Origin: Octopus vulgaris
Lineage: Eukaryota
Reading direction: 5' to 3'
DNA length: 64,000 bases
NCBI GenBank assembly: GCA_951406725.2
Contig: OX597828.1
Location: 71,920,001 to 71,984,000, forward strand
Shown here: positions 54,342 to 64,000 of the stretch, piece after piece
Position numbering within the stretch: the first letter of the stretch is position 1
Layout of the letters: every line of letters starts with the position of its first letter
Program-made: the position numbers and the translations under genes
The notes under the pieces: model-generated
Told to the model about the DNA's origin: nothing
The model's input: the letters and a program-made list of their open reading frames with translations, nothing else
Database searches by the model: none

Positions 54342-54519
54342 TGAGATGAGATGATATCGATGTTGTTCACTCGCAGCTCACCGTTCGATTTATTTTTCTG
54401 ATAAATCAGAGCTAAAACTTACAATATCAGACGCCAGTGGAAAATTTCCCAAGGTCGCCTTCTGCATGAAGACACTATAGTTAAGCACAGGTTACCAAAC
54501 TTAATGTGGTGAATCTGGA
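53711..54519. repeat. ~110-bp inverted duplication (53711-53820 / 54411-54519) bounded by splice-like signals
   Basis: About 6 differences; both copies read CCAG|92 nt|GTAAGT. Confidence 0.9.
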
Positions 54520-55096
54520 ATAATTATAAATCAATTGCGAAAGAAAGTCAATAACGTTAAAGATAATTAATATCAAAGAAAACAAACGGGGAAAGTAATG
54601 AAATTTCAATTAACGAAAATTAAATGGAATTATGAGGAGTGGGGAGGGGTGTGAAAGTCTTGGGGGAAATGGCCAATGTAATTCTTTTTAATTTGCCTTA
54701 ATTAAGGAATTATTTACACATAAAATGCTATCATCAATTAGTCGTTCTGATAACTGTATAAAAGAACTGTGTTTGTTTTGCTGAGGAGGCTAATAAAGCT
54801 GAAACGTGTCCACTGCTGTTACCATAACAACCAAGGCTCATATTCTCTCATTTCTTCTCTCCCCATCCATATGTATGTATCTTCGTACAATTTCTAATCG
54901 ATAAGCTTCAGATGAATGCTCTCCCTTGTTTCTTTTGAGGATCCTTACCATTCGTATAAAAAAAAAACTGTTTATACTAAAATGCAAATTTCTTTGCGTT
55001 CGCCTTCATAACTTCCGGCCTCGCAAACAAGGTAGATAACTCTGACAAGAAAAAGTCAGGACTACAGACCTCCCCCAAACCACACACACGCACACA

Positions 55097-55151
<55 letters not shown>

Positions 55152-55362
55152 ACACACACACACACACACAGACACACACACACACATACACACACAGACA
55201 CACACATACACACACACACACACAGACACACACACACATATACACACACAGACATACACATACACACATGCACACACAGACACACACAGACACACACAGA
55301 CACACACACATACACACACATACACACACATACATACACACACACACACACACACAAACTGT

Positions 55363-55520
55363 GTACAGTGATACCTCACTGTACGAGTTTAATCCGTTCC
55401 ATGACTGAGCTCGTCTTACGATTTGCTCGTTTTACAAATGAATTTCCCCCATTGAAATTAACTAAAATATAATTAATCCGTTCCAACACACCAAAACCAC
55501 CCAAAAATAATTTTTTTATG
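55363..55520 (+). mobile_element. Tigger/pogo-like terminus
   Basis: TA-CAGTGATACCTCACTGTACGAGTTTAATCCGTTCC; related end at ~55931. Confidence 0.5.
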
Positions 55521-56476
55521 GGTTTTAAAACAGAAAAGGTGAAGTTACAAGTAAAATGACAATTATAAAAAAAAAAAAGTAGAATGCCAAAGAAATATGT
55601 AAACTGGTTTTATTAATTGTATATTTGATTAACTTCGATAATCACTGGATTAAATTATAGTTCTTATGTGAGATTTTAATATAAACTTGTGTCAATCCTT
55701 GTTTCTTCTAAATTTACTCCTACATACTAATTATGAATTATTTCATAATTAATATTTCGTCCGTTTTCCCGTTCTGAGTTCCAATTCCGCCGCGGTTGAC
55801 TTTGCATTTTATCCTTTCGGGGTCGATGAAATAAGTACCAGTCATGAACTGGGGTCGATATAATCGAGAGCCTCCTTCCTCGAAATTGCTGGCCGTGTGT
55901 CAAAATTTGAAACGGATGTATAAAGGTAAGTACAGAAGAACCTCGCAGTACGAGTGTCCTGCTGTACGAGTAATTTGCTGTTCGAGGCCGAGGCCCGTGC
56001 GAACTTTTGCCTTGCAGTACGAGCGGAAATCCGCAATAGGAGCACACAAATCGCCCCAACTTTAATCGGCCCGTGGTGTAATGTGATTATGAAGTAAACC
56101 TTTTACTACACAGCTACGCCTGCGCCTATGTTTTATATAAGCACACACACACACACACACACACACACAGTGTAACAAAAGATTCCAAGAAGTGGTTAGT
56201 GTTGGCAGCTAATACAAATTTTCAAAAAGCTTAAAATACAGATTTCGATCGAGAGATTCGCCGAGGAAGGTCTCTACAAGGTTGCTGGTCCTTTTAGAAA
56301 TAACAGCTAAATCTCGCTCAAATCATACTCAACTTTCTTCAAAGAGAATGATACGTCGGATAGTGTAGTTCACGCTACACTGTGTTGGAACAAAAGACAG
56401 GATTGTCATGGTTGGCATAGCTTATAGTACAAACAACAACGCATCGCTTGTAATATAGATGATATATGATTTCTAA

Positions 56477-57069
56477 GGCGGTGAGCTGGCAGAATCGTTA
56501 GCGCGCCGAGCAAAATGTCCAACGGCATTTCATCCGTTTTTACATTCTGAGTTCAAATTCCGCCGAGGTCGACTTTGCCTTTCAGGGTCGATAAATTAAG
56601 TACCTGTTGAGTACTAGGATCGATGCGGCCGACTTGTCCCCTCAAAATTACAGGCCTTTTGCCAAAATTTGAAACCATTAAATATATATATATATTCTTG
56701 TACATGTTTCAGTCATTTGACTGCGGCCATGCTGGAGCACCGCCTTTAGTCGAACAAATCGACCCCAGGACTTATTCTTTGTAAACCTAGTACTTATTCT
56801 ATCGGTCTCTTCTGCCGAACCGCTAGGTTACGGGGACGTAAACACACCAGCATCGGTTGTCAAGCGATGTTGGGTGGAGGGGACAAACACACATATATAT
56901 AAATATTTACGACGGACTTCTTTCAGTTTCCGTCTACCAAATCCACTCACAAGGCTTTGGTTGGCCCGAGGCTATAGAAGACACTTGCCCAAAGTGCCGT
57001 GCAGTGGGACTGAACCCGGGACCATGTGGTTCGCAAGCAAGCTACTTACCACACAGCCACTCCTGTGCC
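56477..57069. mobile_element. SINE B (+, 56477-56678) tail-to-tail with full-length SINE A (-, 56695-57069)
   Basis: Family similarity. Confidence 0.9.
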
Positions 57070-57173
<104 letters not shown>

Positions 57174-57829
57174 TGAACTTTTTAGCCATGAGCTAGTAAA
57201 GTCTCTCTATATCTTTAAGGAAAGGTACTTCGGGTGGATCACATAAAACAAGGAATACACTTTCTATTTCCCATTCATTTTCATGAAATAAAGACAATTT
57301 TTAAGTGAAAGCTTTAATTTTTAAGGGAGATAATTAGTGATGTGTTTCCAAGGGAGGCAATCTAGTTTAGAACACCACAAATCTTCAACTGTTTTCGCTA
57401 TTTGAGGGTCAAAGCGCGGTGCTTAGGCAAACGTTGGGACGTCGGATCACGTACTTTGCAGCATTCGGTTACAACCATTTAAGACCTGGGTTCAAATCTG
57501 GGGTTCGATAAACGAGAGTACAAGTCTTATGCCGTGTGTCGATGTAACATCACTCCACAAAATTTGCTGGCCTTGTATTATATTTGAAACGATAATGTGG
57601 TCAGCCGACGGAATTGATATTTCATCGGACAAAATGCTTGGCGGTATTTCTTCTGATTCGTTACATTTTGAGTTCAAATGCCGCCCAAATTGACGTTTCT
57701 TTTCATCTCTTCAGGAATGATAAAGTACGTGCCGGTCAAGCAGTAGGGTCGATGTAACCGTCAGGCAATTTCCCCCAAAACTTCAGGCCTTGTGACTGTC
57801 GTGGAAAGGACTATCTAGTGGCAGGTCAG

Positions 57830-58062
57830 GGCGATGACATTGTCGGGGAAACTCTAAACGCCGACGAGGATGAAGTGGATGGTCTGTTTTGGAGAATATC
57901 TCGACCGGGAACTACTATGGGTAACTTTCACAATCCCTAGCCTGGCAGTGTTATTGAAGAGCACAAGAAGGTTCTTGATAAACTTCATAGGCACAGAAAT
58001 GCCGCCAGTTGGGGGTTGCTTGAGATGCGGACAGAGCGATGCAACAGTGCTGTATTGCTGAC
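57830..58062 (+). mobile_element. Tx1/L1 ORF2 zinc-finger fragment
   Basis: SLAWQCY and CLRCGQSDATVLYC remnants. Confidence 0.5.
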
Positions 58063-58744
58063 CTGTGAAGTTATGTTGAACAACTGCTGACACGGGTAGG
58101 GCGAATCTATCTATCGGCCGAGTCCACCCATATTTAACAAGGGAGGGCAGGCGGTGTTCCTCTGCCTTTTCCTCTTCGGTCAAATCCGCATCGACTTTTT
58201 TAAAGTCTCACTTGAAATGGAAAATGAAAATGGAGAGAGATTTTCTCTTTCAGTGAATTTGTCAAAAAAAAATCGCTGTTAGTGACAGAAATGGTTAAGG
58301 GGAATGGCCCTACTCTAAGCATGCGCCTGTAGATTGGAGAATAACACTTGGGTGAGGGTTCGTGCCTTTAGTGGTCAGGGCAATCCTGGATCTGTGGGGT
58401 TCCTTGATTGGCCTCTGTTGGAGTTTCTCCTACATCAAGAGAACTACGTCATTCATATCATCACATATTTTGTAAACTTCGGCTACTTTTATCTCACTTC
58501 ACCATCTTTTTCCCATTCTCCCTCCTCATCCTTTATGCTCACCCCGACACAAATGGTAAACTGTCCTTATGATATCCTCCTTTATGCCTCTGGAACAAAT
58601 AAAACAAGTCATCATCATTATTGTTGTTGTTGTTGTTGGTTTGATTGTAAGATTGGTAGAATCATTGGAATATTGGACGAAATATTTAACCAAATCCCAA
58701 AACGAAAAATATTTAGCGATATTTATTTCTGCTCTTTACGTTTA

Positions 58745-59035
58745 CAGTTGGTTGAGGAATTCGGCTCACGATCTTAAGCTCGTGGGTTCAATTCTTGGCA
58801 ACGCGTTGTATCCTTGAGCAAGATACTTTATTTCGCGTTGCTCCAGTCTACACGGCTGGTAAAAATTCAAAGGACCAGCCTTGCCACATTCTGTGTCACA
58901 CTCAATCTTCCCTGAGAAATACGTTAAGGGTACGCGTGTCTGTGGAGTGCTCAGCCACTTGCACGTTAATTACACGAACAGACTGTTCCATTGATCAAAC
59001 TAGAACACTCGTCTTTGAAAGTGACAGAGTACCAA
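58745..59035 (+). mobile_element. Diverged tRNA-derived SINE
   Basis: B-box-like GGTTCAATTC, CORE-like TCCTTGAGCAAG; tail similar to 20195-20295. Confidence 0.6.
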
Positions 59036-60676
59036 AGGAGATGAGGTCACGGGTGTCAAGTCGTATCCAGCCAAATTGGCAGCATTTCTCTTGAATAAAC
59101 ATCGTTGGTATGAGCAGAAGAGGCTCGCATACATGGCTAACTGCCATTCTTCATACAATCAATCTTGCTCAGAACTGAACTTACATGCAGATGGTCAAAA
59201 CCAGCCGATAGAGACTTTACCTTTCGTTATCTCAAAAAAAAAAGAAGAAAAAACCCACAGTGTGTTGAGATTTGATAGAGATTTAGCTGTTGTTTCCAGC
59301 AGTTTCTGCCACTGCAGTTACAGGCCAACTGAATTCAGCGAAAATTTTCCTCGAATCTCTTTTTGGTAGTGCGGCCCACCTGATGATAAGCCATGTCTCA
59401 TGCGGCCCGCTTCTCGATAAAGGTTGTCCCATGCATGCACAAAAGTCAAACCGAAGACGGTTCCTTGTGATATTGTTAATATAACGAGGATTTACTATAG
59501 TATTTTGAATAAAGATATATTCGCAAATCTGTGACTGAATTTCAGCAATTGATAGATTAACCAAGTAATGGGATTATCTCAAAACTCACCAATCTCTGAC
59601 GTAGAAAAAAAAAAAAGATTTTAAACAGAAATACACAAAGGAAAATGTCAGCTGAACGATGTTAATAACGGAGTAAGCTCCCCTTAGTTAACTGGGATCA
59701 GATTAACACCATTTTTTTTTCTACTCGAGGCACAAGGCCCGAAATTTTGGGGAGAACGGGTGGCCAGTCGATTAGATCGACCTCAGTACGCAACTGGTAC
59801 TTAATTTATCGACCCTGAAAGGATGAAAGGTAAAGTCAACCCTCGGCAGAATAGCATTAGTTCTTAAGACAAATGTGTGTACACGTATTTCTTCTATGCT
59901 TTTACTTCTTGTTTCAGGCATTTGATCTTGGCCATACTGGAGCACCGCCTTAAAGGGTTTTAGTCGAAGAAAGCAAATCCAGAACTTATCCTTTTGAAGC
60001 CTGGTACTTATTCTGTCGGACTCTTTTGCCGAACCGCTAAGATATTGAGACGTAAACACACCAACACTGGTTGTCAAGCAGTGATGGTGGGGGGGACAAA
60101 CACAGACACACACACATAAATATATATATATATAATTATTTATAATTACATACATACATATATAAATAATATTTTTAATTAAATCCAATGCCAGGAATAT
60201 AGGGATGAAATTATCCAATCTTTCACTGGCTCCACTGTTTAATACCCAATTTTGTAGAAAAAAAAACCTTACAAATCACATGGGCGTATATTAAATTTAT
60301 AAAAAATGAATAGAAAATGGACATATATAACTGTCAATTCAAAAATAAAAATTTATTAACATAATACTATATTTTATATTATATTCTTATAGTAAACTGA
60401 AACTGAAGGAAGCCTGTTGTATATATGTATATATATGTATATATATATATATATATGTATGTATGTGTTTGTGTGTCTGTGTTTGTCCCCCTAGCATTGC
60501 TTGACAACCGATGCTGGTGTGTTTACGTCTCCGTCACTTAGCGGTTCGGCAAAAAAGACCGATAGAATAAGTACTGGGCTTACAAAAAATTAGTCCCGGG
60601 GTCGATTTGCTCGACTAAAGGTGGTGCTCCAGCATGGCCGCAGTCAAATGACTGAAACAAGTAAAAGAATAAAAGA

Positions 60677-61128
60677 ATAATATAATGATAAATAATAAAC
60701 ATTAAATACAAATTCCATACAATTGTTTCGGTTCTTGCCCATAATAAAATCATTAAAATCCATTGTTTGTGTATAAGAATCTCTTCTGTGTAATTTTTGG
60801 TATACGAGGATTCACTGATCCAAGAAAAGACTGAATTTTAAAATAACTAAAAACAAAAACAAGAATAAAAAATTTTTTTAAAAACTAATATAAAAGTCAT
60901 AAAAAATATTTGTATACTATTAAGTATTTAATCTAAATAGATCTAAGGGCCATTAGTTTTTTTTTAAATACCAGGAATAATATTTTTTTAAATATTTATG
61001 CGAATCATCATATACCAAAAATTACACTGAAAAGATTCTTATACACAAACAATAGGTTTTTATAATTTTATTATGGGTAAGAATCGAAACAATTGTATGT
61101 AATTTGTATTTAATATTTATTATATTAC
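60677..61128. mobile_element. Inverted pair of Penelope-like pLTRs, each with a type I hammerhead (60710-60797 -, 61018-61105 +)
   Basis: Plus copy: AAATTACA-CTGAAAA-GATTCTT..AAGAATC-GAAAC AATT GTA-TGTAATTT (perfect 8-bp stem I, 7-bp stem II). Minus copy core CAGAAGA. Confidence 0.8.
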
Positions 61129-61917
61129 TAGCAATGTGTCCCTGTGTCTGTCTGTCTATCTTTAGATGTGTGTGTGTGTCAGTTGTCACAAAAATGTATG
61201 TATACCGACACACACATACACATGTCAGTCATTGACCTAATGTACATAACGAATACACTCATAGGCGCAGGAGTGGCTGTGTGGTAAGTAGCTTGTTTAC
61301 CAACCACATTGTTCCGGGTTCAGTCCCACTGCGTGGCACCTTGGGCAAGTGTCTTCTACTATAGCCTCGGGCCAACCAAAGCTTTGTGAGTGGATTTGGT
61401 TGACAGAAACTGAAAGAAGCCCGTCGTATATATGGATATATATATGCGTGTGTGTGTTTGTGTGTCTGTGTTTGTCCCCCTAGCATTGCTTGACAACCGA
61501 TGCTGGTGTGTTTATGTCCCCGTTACTTAGCGGTTCGGCAAAAGAGACCAATGGAATAAGTACTGGGCTTACAAAGAATAAGTCCCGGGGTCGAGTTGCT
61601 CGACTAAAGGCGGTGCTCCAGCGTGGCCGCAGTCAAATGACTGAAACAAGTAAAAGAGTAAAGAGAGAGTAAGAGTATATAGGAAATGTGATGTCATTGC
61701 TGTTATGGTGGTGGTAAAAGATGTCATTTACTATAGGTGACTAAAAGAAAAATGATAATATCAAGTTTTTGTAATGCAAATATCTGAATGAAAATATAGT
61801 TTAGTTGGTAGTCAAAAGCTTACTGAATCTTTTGATACCTCATACGTCAAAATCAGCAACTTGGTTTTGGAATGCATAAGGAACATGCGCACACACACAC
61901 TCTTTTATAGATATAGA
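61128..61917 (-). mobile_element. Possible non-autonomous Helitron with a nested SINE A
   Basis: 5' TCTATATCTATAAAAG at 61917 and 3' CTAG-T at 61128; subterminal hairpin not evident. Confidence 0.4.
61264..61675 (+). mobile_element. Full-length SINE family A
   Basis: Complete head and tail. Confidence 0.92.
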
Positions 61918-62018
61918 AATTATTTTATTATAAGAATATAATGTAGCATAGTATTACGTTAATAAATTTTAATTTTTGAATTGACAATTTTATATCTCCA
62001 TTTTATATATATATTATA

Positions 62019-62400
62019 TCTCTCTCTATATAAACGGCAGTTTGTCTGTGCGTGTTTCTGTGTGTCTGTTTGCTTGTACCCTCACCCTGACCACGGCTTT
62101 CAACCGATTCTGATGAAACTTGACACACACATAGCCCAATGTCATAATTCAAAACTAACGCAGCGAAAATTTTGAAAAGTTCCCCCAGTTCTGAAAAAAA
62201 TCGATAAATTCGACATGGGTTCGAGAATCAGAAACACAAACCACAAACTGTCTAGGGGACGCAACTCCACCTTTTTTAACTCTCAAAAAAATTTACCATC
62301 ATTTTTTTCCATTTTTTTGCTATTTTTTGGCTATAACTCTCTAAAAATGCTTTATAGTTATTTCCCTTACAAACCTGAGCAACGCCGGGCGATACTGCTA

Positions 62401-62401
<1 letters not shown>
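62019..62401 (+). mobile_element. Non-autonomous Helitron
   Basis: A|TC start, subterminal hairpin CCTGAGC aac GCCGGG, CTAG|T end, no TSD. Confidence 0.8.
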
Positions 62402-62439
<38 letters not shown>

Positions 62440-62442
<3 letters not shown>

Positions 62443-64000
62443 TCATCATCATCATCATCATCATTTAACGTCCGCTTTCCATGCTAGCATGGGTTGGACG
62501 GTTCAACTGGGGTCTGGGGAGCCCGAAAGCTGCACCAGTCCAGTCAGATCTGGCAGTGTTTCTACAGCTGGATGCCCTTCCTAACGCCAACCACTCCAAG
62601 AGTGTAGTGGGTGATTTTATGTGCCACCGACACAGGTGCCAGACGAGGCTGGCAAACGGCCACGCTCGGATGGTGTTTTTTATGTGCCACCGACACAGGT
62701 GCCAGACGAGGCTGGCAGACGGCCACGCTCGGATGGTGTTTTTTATGTGCCACCGACACAGGTGCCAGACGAGGCTGGCAGACGGCCACGCTCGGATGGT
62801 GTTTTTATGTGCCACCGACACAGGTGCCAGACGAGGCTGGCAGACGGCCACGCTCGGATGGTGTTTTTTATGTGCCACCGACACAGGTGCCAGACGAGGC
62901 TGGCAGACGGCCACGCTCGGATGGTGTTTTTATGTGCCACTGACACAGGTGCCAGATGAGGCTGGCAGACGGCCACGATCGGATGGTGCTTGTTACGTGC
63001 CCACAGCACGGAGGCCAGTCGATGCGGTACTGGCTACGGCCACGTTCGGATGGTTTTCTTATGTACCACGTGCCACCGGCACTGGTACCACAAAGATACA
63101 AATTCCATTGATGTTCATCTATTTTGATTTGTTTTGATTTTCACTTGCCTCAACCGGTCTTCACAAGTGTCACAAGAAGGAAGGTATGCACAGGTGGACT
63201 GACTACGTCCCAGGTAGGGGCCATGGGTTATGGCCTGACTAGTCTTGCCGGGTCTTCGGATGGTGTTTTTATGTGCCACCGACACAGGTGCTAGATGAGG
63301 CTGGCGAACGGCCACGATTGGATGGTGTTTGTCATGTGCCCACCGCACTGACTACAGCACTGATGGATTTCTTTGCCACAGGCACTGGTACCACAAGATA
63401 CAAATTCCATTGATGTTCATCTATTTTGTCTATTTTGATTTGATTTGATTTTCACTTGCCTCAACCGGTCTTCACAAGTGTCACAAGAAGGAAGGTATGC
63501 ACAGGTGGACTGACTAGTCTTGCCGGGTCTTCGGAAGGTGTTTTTATGTGCCACCGACACAGGTGCCAGATGAGGCTGGCGAACGGCCATGATCGGATGG
63601 TGTTTGTTACGTGCCCACAGCACGGAGGCCGGTCGATGCGGAACTGGCTACGGCCACGTTCGGATGGTTCTCTTGTGTGCCACCGGCACTAATTTTCCCA
63701 CAAAGATACAGATTCCATTGATGTTCATCTATTTTGATTTGTTTTGATTTTCACTTGCCTCAACAGGTCTTCACAAGTGTCACAAGAAGGAAGGCATGCA
63801 CAGGTGGACTGACTACGTCCCAGGTAGGGGCCATGGTTTATGGCCTGACTAGTCTTGCCGGGTCTTCGGATGGTGTTTTTATGTGCCACCGACACAGGTG
63901 CTAGATGAGGCTGGCGAACGGCCACGATCGGATGGTGTTTGTCATGTGCCCACAGCACGGAGGCCAGTCGATGCGGTACTGGCTACGGCCACTTTCGGAT
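62440..64000 (-). mobile_element. RTE-type retroelement 3' region with (ATG)n tail and internal tandem repeats
   Basis: (CAT)n at 62440-62464; GGATGCCCTTCCTAACGCCAACC motif typical of RTE 3' UTRs; six 62-63-bp units (62619-62990) then ~300-bp higher-order repeats running off the window. Confidence 0.65.

Noticed and set aside
62615-62990. CRISPR-like regular array
   Set aside because: Units are contiguous with no unique spacers, there are no cas genes, and the context is eukaryotic.

Overview
Eukaryotic, AT-rich, microsatellite-saturated DNA. The SINE families and repeat landscape point to a coleoid cephalopod, most likely Octopus (inference). Almost all ORFs in the supplied track are translations of simple repeats. 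The only credible host coding sequence is a first exon on the minus strand (2871-2547) carrying an eh1/octapeptide motif (HSIDEILG), probably from a paired-class homeobox gene whose other exons lie off the left edge. The rest is upstream/intergenic DNA filled with decayed transposons: mariner and maT/Tc1, a FLYWCH-MULE, a CR1 LINE, Tx1/L1 fragments plus an ORF1-only element, an R4/Dong fragment, an RTE-type tail with a 63-bp minisatellite, Helitrons, Penelope-like remnants and three SINE families. The main discovery candidate is a family of short (TA)n-embedded retroelement ends carrying a hammerhead ribozyme whose three junction strands occur in a non-circular, pseudoknotted order (cleavage strand, then GAAA strand, then CUGANGA strand). 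Compensatory changes across five diverged copies and a conserved upstream hairpin support it. About a dozen conventional minimal hammerheads, several fold-back palindromes, a ~650-bp ancient inverted duplication with CTCF-like motifs, and an inverted duplicated exon-like segment are also present. All structures were folded by eye, and TE boundaries are approximate.
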